From Thermoanaerobaculia bacterium (GTDB lineage: Bacteria > Acidobacteriota > Thermoanaerobaculia > Multivoradales > UBA5704): a stretch of DNA of 64,000 nt. Shown here piece by piece: positions 1-11,300 of the stretch; within the stretch, counting starts at the first letter, position 1, and the number at the start of each line of letters is the position of its first letter. The notes beneath the pieces are model-generated. The model saw nothing but the letters and a program-made list of their open reading frames with translations. It ran no database searches and was not told the origin of the DNA. Position numbers and translations under genes: made by a program. The DNA lies in NCBI GenBank assembly GCA_039918595.1, contig JBDSHF010000538.1:1641-65640 (forward strand), given 5' to 3'.

Positions 1-2388
1 GCTGGTAGCCCGCCTGGCAGGTAGATAGGTAGCGGCCAAGGCCGCCGTCGCCAAGACAGCGATTACGCCCAGAAAGCTGAGAGGATCCGCGTAGCTGACG
101 CCGTACAGGGCGCTGCCGACCAATGCCATGATGGGGAAAGCGACGACCAGCCCGACGACGATGCCGACCGTGACCAGGACCATCGATTCCTTAATCACCA
201 GGCGCAGAACATTCCCCGGTTGGGCGCCGAGGGACATTCGGATCGCCATCTCGCGGAACCGTTGACGGATCGAGTAGGAGATCACACCGTAGATCCCCAT
301 GCTCGCCAGCCCGAGAGCGAGGAGGCCCGAAACGATGAAGATCATTCCTCCAACCTTTCTGGGCAGCAGGGCAAACGCGACCTGGTCTTCCAGCGTGGTG
401 GCGTCGAGCGCCTGGAACCGTGGGTCCAAAGATTCGATCGCCTGGCGCACCGGGCCGGCGAGTTGCAAGGGCTCCCCCTCGGATCTAACGTGGAGGACGA
501 CCGCTTTCGAGTAGTCCTGGAACAGCGGAGTGTAGACATAGGGCGTTGGGGATTCGCCGAGGAAGCGATATTTCGTCGTCCTGACGACGCCCACCACTTC
601 AAAGTCGTTGTCGCCGTCGGAGAGGCGCTTACCGACAGCGTTTTGCCCCGGCCAATACTTGTGGGCCATGGCTTCGTTGATGATGATCACCTTGGGCTTG
701 TTCGGAACATCCTGCTGGCCAAAGTCTCGGCCCGCGATCAGCGGAATGTCCATGGAACGGAAATAATCGGGGCTCACCAGGTTGCAACTGAGCGTCTCGA
801 CCACCCCCGGCTGGTTCGGCACCTGGATCGACGCTTCCTTACGCTCGAAGCCCAGAGGCACCGTCGCGGCCAAGCTCACGGCACGCACGCCGGGCAGGCT
901 CTGAACCCGGCTGAGCAGGTTGCGCAAAAAAGGAGCGGCTTTCGCGGCATCGTAGTCGTGCTCTTTGAGGTCTAGGTTCACTAGGAGGACGTTGCGGGTG
1001 TTGAATCCTGTCTCCGTCCCTTTCAACTGTCCGAGACTGCGTAGAAAAAGCGACGCCCCGATGAGGAGCACTACCGAGACCGAGACCTGCGCGACGACGA
1101 GAAGATTGCGCAGCGTCATCCGGCGGCGCTTGCCCCGTGGCTGGCCGCCCAGGTTCTTCAGTGTCGAGTTGAGATCCGGCCGGGTCGCCGCCAGCGCCGG
1201 CACTAGGCCAAACAACACTCCGGTCAGCAGCGAGAGCAGGAGCGTGAATCCGATCGCTCCAGGGTCGATGCCGACTTCCAGCGCGATCGGGATCTGCTCG
1301 GGAGGCTGGAAATGGCGGATCAAGCCGGTAGCCCAGAAGGCTAGAAGAAGCCCCGCGGCACCGCCCGCCAGAGAGAGCATGAGGCTTTCCACCAGGAGTT
1401 GCCGGATCAGCCGTTTGCGCGTGGCCCCGATGGCCAGCCTGATCCCGATCTCACGCTGACGCCCCCAGGCCTTGGCGAGCAGCAGGTTGGCTAGGTTGAG
1501 GCAGGCGATCACGAGCACGATCCCAACGAGCGCCGTCAGGAAGATGCCAAGAGCGGAGAGGATCTCGCGAATCCGGGGATGCACTCCCGCCTTTTCGGCG
1601 GAGAGGGCTCGGAAGCTTCTGTCCTTGTTAGTTTCCGGATAGGCTTGCTGGAGCCTAGCGGCGAGGCCCTGCATCTGCGCCGAGGCCTCGGCGATCTTCG
1701 CTCCCGGGCGGAGCCGGCCCAAGACCAGAAGGTCGCGATGTCCGCGCTGCTGCAACTCCCCCGCCAGCGGCCCCGTGCTCGTGACGATGGGTATCCACAC
1801 GCTGACAGAGAGACCGGCAAGCGTGTCTCGAAAGCCTTCGGGCACGACGCCGACCACCGTAAACGTCTCCCCGTTGAGCCGCACGCTTCGCCCCGCGATG
1901 CCAGGATCGGCCGCGAAGCTCCTGCGCCACAGTTTCTCGCTGATGACCGCGACCCGCGGCCCGGCACTGTCCTGCTGGGCCGTAAAAACGTGACCGACGA
2001 TCGGCTTTGCCCCCAGTGTCGAGAAGTAGTTCGGCGAGACCCGCTCACCGAGGACGAGCGACGCCTCGCCATTGATGTCGAGACGGAACCGCGCGACGGT
2101 GTAACCGATCAGTTCACGAAATGCCCCGACACCGCTCTGCAGGTCCGCATAGTCGGCATACGAGGTCGTGCCCCAGGGATCCGTGGGACCGGCGGTGAAA
2201 ACCGACACCAGCTCCTCCGGCTTCTCGACCGGCAGAGGCTGAAAAAGGAGAGTGTGGAAGACACTGAAGACGACAGAGTTGGCGCCGATTCCCAGGGCTA
2301 GCGAGAAGATCGCCACGGCGGTGAACACCGGGCTCTTCGCCAGGAGCCGGCCTGCATATTGAACATCCTGGGTCAAATTCCCGAACAT
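1..2388 (-). CDS. MacB/FtsX-type duplicated permease (ADOP-like, acidobacterial duplicated orphan permease family); C-terminus cut by the window edge
   Basis: Absent from the supplied ORF track because it runs off the left edge. My reverse-strand translation from ATG 2388-2386 stays open for 796 codons to nt 1. It reads MFGNLTQDVQYAGRLLAKSPVFTAVAIFSLALGIGANSVVFSV..., then LNLANLLLAKAWGRQREIGI (nt 1441-1500), RMSLGAQPGNVLRLVIKESM (nt 181-240) and LPARRATS at nt 1-24. This gives an N-terminal TM helix, a large extracytoplasmic domain and an FtsX-type TM bundle, present twice. The ORF ends inside the family-typical C-terminal LPARRA motif, so about 15 aa are missing. The start overlaps the NRPS-5 stop (TGATG, 2386-2390). 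SD AAGGAG lies at 2402-2397. Confidence 0.86.
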   Translation of the reverse strand, partial: MFGNLTQDVQYAGRLLAKSPVFTAVAIFSLALGIGANSVVFSVFHTLLFQPLPVEKPEELVSVFTAGPTDPWGTTSYADYADLQSGVGAFRELIGYTVARFRLDINGEASLVLGERVSPNYFSTLGAKPIVGHVFTAQQDSAGPRVAVISEKLWRRSFAADPGIAGRSVRLNGETFTVVGVVPEGFRDTLAGLSVSVWIPIVTSTGPLAGELQQRGHRDLLVLGRLRPGAKIAEASAQMQGLAARLQQAYPETNKDRSFRALSAEKAGVHPRIREILSALGIFLTALVGIVLVIACLNLANLLLAKAWGRQREIGIRLAIGATRKRLIRQLLVESLMLSLAGGAAGLLLAFWATGLIRHFQPPEQIPIALEVGIDPGAIGFTLLLSLLTGVLFGLVPALAATRPDLNSTLKNLGGQPRGKRRRMTLRNLLVVAQVSVSVVLLIGASLFLRSLGQLKGTETGFNTRNVLLVNLDLKEHDYDAAKAAPFLRNLLSRVQSLPGVRAVSLAATVPLGFERKEASIQVPNQPGVVETLSCNLVSPDYFRSMDIPLIAGRDFGQQDVPNKPKVIIINEAMAHKYWPGQNAVGKRLSDGDNDFEVVGVVRTTKYRFLGESPTPYVYTPLFQDYSKAVVLHVRSEGEPLQLAGPVRQAIESLDPRFQALDATTLEDQVAFALLPRKVGGMIFIVSGLLALGLASMGIYGVISYSIRQRFREMAIRMSLGAQPGNVLRLVIKESMVLVTVGIVVGLVVAFPIMALVGSALYGVSYADPLSFLGVIAVLATAALAATYLPARRATS

Positions 2389-5300
2389 CAAGAACTCTCC
2401 TTTTTCTTTTTCAAAAACGATACGCTCGTGAACTGTCCCGGAGAACCGGTACGACTCAGAGAGCTCGCCAAGCGCTCGGCGAAAGACCTCACCTGGGGCT
2501 CACGCAATACGTGGTAGTGATCCCCAGGAGTCTTCCAGAGGTCCAGACCTCCCGACGCCAGGGGCGCCCAGCCCAGCTCGGGGCCGTCACCCGCTGATCC
2601 TTCCTCCGCTGCGACGACCGTCAGTCGGCCCGAGTACGGCTGCGCCCTGTACTCCTCCATCCCTCGTGCGTTGGTCCTAAAGACCGCGAACAGGCGGTGG
2701 AGATCCTCGAGATCCAGGTCTGGAGGGATGACGGCGGCGCTCCTGGCTGCGACCAGCACCTCATCGACCAGATCTCTTCCTGTCGTTTCGCGCTGAAGCT
2801 TATCAGCAAGTTGAACCAGAATTTCCCGGCGGAGGCCGAGCTCAAGGGCAAAGGCGGCCAGAATCTCAAGATCGGTCAGGGGAGCTCCAACCGCACCGGG
2901 AAGATGAGTATCCAGGAGGGTCAGAGAGCGGACCTCCCTCCCTTCTCCCGCGAGCCGCTGGGCCATCTCGTAGGCCACCAGGCCTCCCATGGACCAGCCG
3001 CCCAGATGATATGGACCTTCTGGCTGGAATCGGAGGAGCTCGGCGCAGTACTCGACCGCCATGGAGGCCACCTCCGCGAGGCAGACTTCCCCCTCTTCCA
3101 GCCCCCGTGCCCGGAAGGCGTAGAAGGGTTGGTCCAGTCCCAGGCGCCGCGAAAGCTCCATGTAACAGAGGACGTTGCCGCCCACCGGGTGCACCCAGAA
3201 CAGAGGCGCCTTCGAGCCGGCGGTTTGAATTTCAACCAGGCAGGAACGCGTCGATGGCTCACCTCGCCGCAACGCTGCCGCCAGGCGCTCGATAGTGGGC
3301 TCGCGCATGAGCAGCGCCAGCGACAGCCGCCGCCCCGTCTGCCGCTGAATACGCGCGACGACACGAGTCGCCAGCAGCGAGTGGCCGCCGAGCTCGAAGA
3401 AGTCGTCTGTGACCCCTAGACCCGAAACTCCCAGCAGCTCCTCCCAGATCCCCACCAGCTCCAATTCCAGGAGGTCGCGAGGTGGCACGCTCGCCCCCTC
3501 TGCGGAGCCTGAGACGAGCTCCGGCGCCGGCAGTGAGCGGCGAGCGATTTTGCCGCCCGCCGTGCGCGGCAGCGACGACAAAGCGACGAAGACCGACGGG
3601 ACCATGTAGTCCGGCAAACGCTCGCGCAGGTACTCTCGCAACTCGCGTACCGGCACCGGTTCTCCCGACGGCACCACGTAGGCCACCAGACGACCGTATC
3701 CCTGCGCGTCCTCCCCAGCAACCACCGCCGACTGTCGCACACCCGGATGCGACATCAGCACCGATTCGATCTCGCCCGGCTCGATGCGGAAACCCCGCAC
3801 TTTGACCTGCTGGTCGATCCGACCCAGATACTCCAACTCCCCATTCCCACGGAAGCGCCCCAAGTCTCCCGTGCGGTACAGCCGATCCCCGGCACGTACG
3901 CGGAACGGATCGGGCACGAACAGCTCGGCCGTGCGCTCGGGCCTCCCCAGATACCCTCGGGCCACCCCCGAGCCCCCGATGCAGATCTCTCCCGGCGTGC
4001 CCAGGGGGACCGGGCGCAAGACCGCGTCGAGCAGATAGACCCGAGCCTCCTCCCTGGCGCGCCCGATCGGTACCCGGTGATGTTCCTCGCTCCAGGCCGC
4101 CAGATCGCTCCGCGTGCCGTCCACCGTCACCTCGGTCGGACCATACGAATTGATCACCGGCACCCTGGTCCGGCGCCGCCAAGCCCGCGACCGATCCGCC
4201 CGCGCCTCCTCCCCGCCGATGATCACCAGGCGCACCGACGGCGGGACCTCCAGCTCTTCCGTATCCATTGCCGCCGCGAGCTCGTGCCAATAAGACGTCG
4301 CCATCGAAACCACCGTCAACCCCAGACGGCCGCACTCCGCCAGGAACCCGCTCGGAGAGTCCAGCATCGACGGCGAGCGCAGCACCAGAGTCCCCCCATG
4401 GGTCAGGCAGGGATAGATATCCTCGACACTGGCATCGAAGGTGATCGAGGCGAACTGAAGGACCCGGTCGTCAGGGACGACTCCGTAGCAGAGCCCTGCT
4501 CCCCGTATGTAAGCGGTCAGGGCGCCGTGCGAGACCATGACTCCCTTGGGAGCCCCCGTCGAGCCCGAGGTGTAAAGGACATAGGCCAGGCTCTCCAAGG
4601 CCACCGGTACCCGGACCGTCTCTTCGCTCTCCCCCTGAATGAGGGCCTCCTCCTCTTCCAGACAGACGAGTCGCGGACCGTCCGGCACCTTCGCGGCCAG
4701 ATCCCGCCGGGACAGCAGGAGCAAGGCCCCGGAGTCCCGCAGCAGAGCGCCCAACCGCTCGCCCGGATCCGCCGGGTCCAGCGGCAGATAGGCCCCCCCC
4801 GACTTCAGCACCCCCAGCAGGGCTACAAGCAGGTCCAGCGAGCGGGGAAGGGCAATGCCCACCAGGACCTCCGGCCCGACTCCCAGCCGGCGCAGGTAGC
4901 GGGCAAGCTGGTTGGATCGCCGGTCCAACTCGCCGTAGCTCAGGCTTTGCGCACCGGAGATCACCGCGGGCTGTTCCGGATCGGCCGCCGCCCTCTCCGC
5001 GAAACACTCATGAACCGGACGGTCCTCCCTTCCAGCCGCGGTGTCGTTCCACTCCAACAGAAGCGCGTGCCGCTCGGGCAAAGCCAGCAATGGCAGCTCC
5101 GACAGGCGGCGGACCGGCTGCGCCGCCACCGCCTCCAGCAGAGCCGTCAAATGCCCGGACAGCCGCTCCACTGTCACCGCGTCGAACAGGGAGGGGTCGT
5201 ACTCGAACCCGCCTCCAATCCCTCGTGCCCCCGCGCTCAAGGTCAGAGACAGATCGAACTTCGCCGCTGCTGCCTGCCCTTCCAGCCCTGCGATCCGCAG

Positions 5301-8300
5301 CTCCGGCAGACGGACCTCCGGAACCTCCACGTTCTGCAGAGCGAACAGCACGTCGAAAAACGGCGTGCGGTCCACGTTGCGATGGGGCGCGATCTCCTCG
5401 ACCAGCTTTTCGAACGGCACGTCCTGGTGGGCAAAGGCCGACAGGGACTCTTCCCGCGTCCGCTTCAGGAGCTCGGAAAATCCGGGATCGTCCCCCAGGC
5501 GCGACGGCAGCGCCAGGGTGTTGACGAAAAAGCCGATCAGCGGCTCGGTCTCGAGCCGGTTGCGGCCCGCGATCGGAGTGCCCACGACCACCGCCTCCTC
5601 TCCTCCGCCATAGCGCCAGAGGAGCGTCTGCACCGAAGCCAGCAGCAGCATGAACGGCGTCACCCCGTGCGCCCTCGCCACCTCCTCGAGGGCTCTCGAG
5701 GTCCCGCCCGCGAGGAGGAAGGGCTGCTGCGCTCCCCGCCGGCCCACCTGGGGTGTCCGTGGCCGGTCGAGCGGCAGGCTCGCCCGGCTCTCCGTCCCCG
5801 AGAGGCGCGATGTCCAGAAGCGCAGTTGCGCCTCCAGGACCTCTCCTTGCAGCCAGCTCCGCTGCCACTCCGCGAAGTCCCCATACTGGACCGCAAGCTC
5901 GGGGAGAGGCGACTCCTCGCCCCGGCGGAAGGCTTCATAGAGGGCCGACAGCTCGCGGATCAGCACGCCGATCGACCAGCCGTCGCCGACCACGTGGTGC
6001 ATCGTCAGCAGCACAACGTACTCCACACCGTTCCGGAGCAGCACCGTGCAGCGCAACAGCGGACCTTGGGCCAGGTCGAACGGCGACCGCCCCTCCTCCC
6101 GCGCCAGACGGCGCACCGTCGCCTGCCGCGGCTCTTCGGCGAGACCCGAGAGGTCGACCACCGGCACCGGCACCGGCTCTGCCGGCAGCACCACCTGCCG
6201 CGGCTCGCCGTCGACGCTCGGAAACACCGTGCGCAGTACCTCGTGGCGGCGCACCACCTCCGAGAGCGCCCCGGCGAAAGCCGCCACGTCCAGCGCTCCC
6301 GAGACGGCCAACGTCTGCGGCAGGTTGTAGGCCGGGCTCTCGGGATCGAGCTGATGGAGGAACCAGAGACGCTGCTGAGCGAACGACAGCCGCAGGGGAC
6401 GGTCCCGCGGCAGGGGAACGAGCGGCGGAGCGCTGCCGCCCTCCCCCCCCCGCACCGCCGCGTCCACCCGCTCAGCCAGCGTGGCGACCGTGGGGCTCTC
6501 GAACAACGCCCGCAATGGCAGATCCGCCCCGAACCGCTCGCGCACCCGCGACATCAGACGCGTCGCCAGCAGAGAGTGACCGCCGAGCTCGAAGAAGTCG
6601 TCCGTCACTCCCACGGGCCGAACTCCCAGAAGCATCTCGAAGAGATCCACCAGCTCCAGCTCCAGGAGGCTGCGCGGCGCCACCGTCGCCCGCTCCGCGG
6701 AGCCCGACGCCAGATCCGGCGACGGCAGCGAGCCGCGGTCGATCTTGCCGCTCGCCGTGCGCGGCAGCGACGCCAGCTCCACCAGGAACGCCGGGACCAT
6801 GGGCTCCGGCAACCGGTCGCGCAGGTACTCCCGCAGCTCCTGGGCCGGGACCTCCTCGCCGGATGGGACCATGTAGGCTACCAGACGACGGTCCCCGCTC
6901 CCGTCCGTCCACGCTACCACCGCGGCCTGGCGGACCCCCGGGTGAGACTCCAGCACGCTCTCGATCTCCCCGGGCTCGATGCGGAAGCCCCGCACCTTGA
7001 CCTGCTGGTCGATCCGGCCCAGATACTCCAGCTCTCCGTCCGCGCGGAAACGCGCCAGGTCCCCCGTGCGGTAAAGACGTGAGCCCGGGCCGCCCGCCAG
7101 AGCCGCCAACGGATTCGGCACGAACGACTCGGCGGTCCGGTCCGGACGCCCGAAGTAGCCGCGCCCGAGCCCCGCGCCTCCCAGGTAGAGCTCTCCCGGC
7201 ACCCCCGGAGACACCAGCCGATCCCCATCGAGGAGATACACCTGCGTGCCGGCGACCGGACGGCCGATCGACGACGGTCCGCTCTCACCGCTCCCGATCG
7301 CCGCGATCGTCGAGAAGGTCGTGTCCTCCGACGGGCCGTAGAGGTTGTACAGCCGCAACCGGCCCTGCGCGTGGACGGCCTCGGCCAGGGCCCGCGGCAG
7401 CGGCTCGCCGCCGAGGTTGACCGTGCGGACCGAAGCTGGCAGTCCGCCCCCGGCCAGCAGCTCCGCCATCGCCGAGGGCACCGTGTTGACCAGCGTCACC
7501 TCGCCGGCCGCGGGCAGCCGCGGCAGCTCCAGGACGTTGGCTGCCATCAGTACCCTGCCCCCCCGCGACAGCGGCACGAACAGCTCGAAGACCGACATGT
7601 CGAACCCGATCGAGGTCGAGCCCAGCACCCCGGCCAGCTCCTCCGGTGAAAAGACCTCCCAGGCCCAGCGCACGAAGGCCACCGCGCTGCGGTGCTCCAA
7701 CGCCACCGCCTTGGGCACTCCCGTCGAGCCCGAGGTGTAGATCAGATAAGCCAGGTTGCCAGGCACCGCCAGCGCCGTCGCGTCCGAAGGCACCTCTGCC
7801 GCGGGCTCGCTCTCCCAGCCCGCCGCCAGGAGAACCGGCTGCACGCCTTCCGGGACCGTCCCCAGCGAGGCCAGCAGACCGCTCCGGGTAACCAGCGCCG
7901 ACGCTCCCGAGTCGCGCAGGAGGAAAGCCAGGCGGGCTTGCGGATAAGCGGCGTCGAGCGGAACATAGGCCCCGCCCGACTTGAGCACCGCCAGCAGCGC
8001 CACCACCAGCTCCGCCGTCCGCTCCAGCAGCACGCCGACGCAACGCTCCGGACCGATCCCCAGCGCCCGCAGACGGCGGCTCAGCAGCTCCGCCCGGCGG
8101 TCCAGCTCGGCATACGTCAGGGTCTCGTCCCGACCCACCACCGCCACCGCACCGGGAGTCCGCGCCACCTGCGCCGACACCAGGTCCTGCAGACAGGCCG
8201 GCGCGGACGCCACCGCGGCCACCGCGGCAGTGTCGTTCCACTCCCACACCAGCGCCTGCCGCTCGGGCTCGCCGAGCAGCGGCAGCTCCGACAGAGGACG

Positions 8301-11300
8301 ATCCGGCTGCGCCACCACCGCACTCAGCAGCGACCCCAGGTGCGCCGACAGCCTCTCCACCGTCACCCCGTCGAACAGGGCCGGGTCGTACTCGAAACCC
8401 CCTCCGAGCCCACGCGCCCCCACGCTCAGCGACAGCGACAGATCGAACTTCGCCGCTCCCCCCTCCCCGGACAGCGGAGCGATGGCCAGCTCCGGCAGTT
8501 GCAACGCCGGCAGCGTCACCGTCTGCAGCGCGAAAAGCACGTCGAACAGTGGCGTGCGGTCCAGGTCCCGACGGGGCGCCAGCTCCTTTACCAGCTTCTC
8601 GAACGGCAGGTCCTGGTGGGCGTAGGCCGACAGCGTCGCCTCCCGCGTCCGCTCCAGTAGCAAAGAGAAACCCGGATCGTCCCCAAGCCGCGACGGCAGC
8701 ACCAGGGTATTGACGAAGAAGCCGATCAGAGGCTCGGTCTCCATCCGATTGCGGCCCGCGATCGGCGTGCCCACCCGCACCTCCCCACCACCTCCCCACC
8801 GCGAGAGCAGGCTCTGCACGGCCGCCAGCAGCAGCATGAACAGCGTCACCCCATGAGCGCGCGCCAGCTCCTGCAGCTCCTCCGCCTGCTCGCCCGCAAG
8901 GAGAAATGGCCGCTGCGCCCCCCGATGCCCGACCTGTGGCGACCGCGCGCGGTCCAAAGGCAGACTCCGGCGGTTCTCCGTCCCCGCCAGGCACGACGTC
9001 CAGAACCGCAGATGCGACTCCAGAACCTCACCTTGCAGCCAGCTCCGCTGCCACTCCGCGAAGTCCCCGTACTGGAGGAGAAGCTCCGCCAGCGGCGATT
9101 CCTTACCCCGGCGGAAAGCCTCGTACAGCGTCGACAGCTCGCGGATCAGCAGGCCCACCGACCAGGCATCGCTGGCCACGTGGTGCATCGCCAGCAGGAC
9201 GACGTGCTCTTCCCCCACCCGGCGCAGCACCGTGCAGCGCACCAGTGGGCCCTGCTCCAGGTCGAACGGCGTCCGCGCGTCCTCCCGTGCCAGCCGCCGC
9301 ACCGCCGCCTGCCAAGCCGCCTCCGGAACTCCGCCGAGATCGACCACCGGCACCGCCACCGCCGACGCCGGCGCCACCACCTGCCGCGCCTCCCCTTCCA
9401 CCGACAAGAACCGCGTACGCAGCACCTCGTGGCGGCGCACTACCTCCGCGAGGGCCGCGGCGAAAGCCGGAACCTCCAAGACGCCCGAGATAGTGAACGG
9501 CTGCGGCAGGTTGTAGGCCGGGCTCTCGGGATCGAGCTGGTGGAGGAACCACAGACGCTGCTGAGCGAAGGAGAGCCGCAACGGCTTGTCGCGCGGCACG
9601 GGAACGAGCGGCGGAGCGCTGACCGCCTCGCCCCCCTGTAGTGTCGTGTCCACCCGCTCAGCCAGCGTGGCGACCGTGGGGTTCTCGAACAGCACCCGCA
9701 ACGGCAGGTCCGCTCCGAACCGCTCGCGCACCCGCGACATCAGCCGCGTCGCCAGCAGCGAGTGGCCGCCGAGCTCGAAGAAGTCGTCCGTGACCCCTAG
9801 ACCCGAAACTCCCAGCAGCTCCTCCCAGATCCCCACCAGCTCCAGCTCCAGCAGGCTGCGCGGCGCCACCGTCGACCGCTCCGCGGAGCCCGACGCCAGA
9901 TCCGGCGACGGCAGCGAGCCGCGATCGATCTTGCCGCTCGCCGTGCGCGGCAACGACGCCAGCGCCACCAGGAACGCCGGGACCATGGGCTCCGGCAACC
10001 GGCCGCGCAGGTACTCCCGCAGCTCCTGAGCCGGGACCTCCTCACCCGATGGGACCACGTAGGCCACCAGACGACGGTCCCCGCTCCCGTCCGTCCACGC
10101 CACCACCGCGGCCTGGCGGACCCCCGGATGAGACTCCAGCACGCTCTCGATCTCCCCGGGCTCGATGCGGAAGCCCCGCACCTTGACCTGCTGGTCGATC
10201 CGGCCCAGATACTCCAGCTCTCCGTCCGCGCGGAAACGCGCCAGGTCCCCTGTGCGGTAAAGACGCGAGCCCGCACCGCCCGCCAGAGCGGCGAACGGGT
10301 TCGGCACGAACGACTCGGCGGTCCGGTCCGGACGGCCGAAATAGCCGCGGCCCAGCCCTTCCCCACCCAGGTAGAGCTCGCCCGGAGCACCCAGCGGCAC
10401 CAGGCGACGATCCGCGCCGAGCAGGTACACCTGCGTGCCGGCGACCGGACGGCCGATCGACGACGGCCCGCTCCCCTGACCCGCGATCGCCGCGATCGTC
10501 GAGAAGGTCGTGTCCTCCGACGGGCCGTAGAGGTTGTACAGGCGCAAGGGACCCTGAGCGTGCACCGCGTCGGCCAGGGCGCGCGGCAGCGGCTCGCCGC
10601 CGAGATTGACCGTGCGCACCGAGGCCGGCAACGCACCGCCGGCCAGCAGCTCCGCCATCGCCGAGGGCACCGTGTTGACCAGCGTCACCTCGCCGACGGC
10701 GGGCAGCCGCGGCAGCTCCAGCACGTTGGCCGCGACGAGCACCTTGCCCCCCCGCGACAGCGGCACGAACAGCTCGAAGACCGACATGTCGAAGCCGATC
10801 GAGGTCGACGCCAGCACGCCGGCCAGATCCTCCGGCGAGAAGACCTCCCACGCCCAACGCACGAAGGCCACCGCGCTCCGGTGCTCCAAGGCCACCGCCT
10901 TGGGCACTCCGGTCGAGCCCGAGGTGTAGATCAGATAGGCCAGGTTGCCCGGACCGGCCGGCGCGGCCACGTCCGAAGGCAGCTCCATCGCGGGCTCGCT
11001 CTGCCAGCCCGCCGCCAGGAGCACGGGATGGACGCCCTCCGGGACCGTGCCCAGCGAGGCCAGCAGATCTCCCCGGGTGATCAGCGCCGCGGCCCCCGAG
11101 TCGCGCAGGATGAAGGCGAGCCGGGACTGCGGATAGGCGGCATCGAGCGGAACGTAGGCCCCGCCCGACTTGAGCACCGCCAGAAGGGCCACGACCAGCT
11201 CCGCCGTGCGCTCCAGAAGCACCCCGACGCAACACTCCGGACCGATCCCCAGCGCCCGCAGACGGCGGCTCAGCAGCTCCGCCCGCCGGTCGAGCTCGCC

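Noticed and set aside
220-975. The + strand ORFs 220-975, 965-1459 and 1579-2301, and the minus-strand ORFs 342-602 and 1536-2072.
   Set aside because: They lie antisense or out of frame within the 796-codon open frame that encodes a clearly recognisable FtsX/MacB-type permease. Their translations have no family resemblance.
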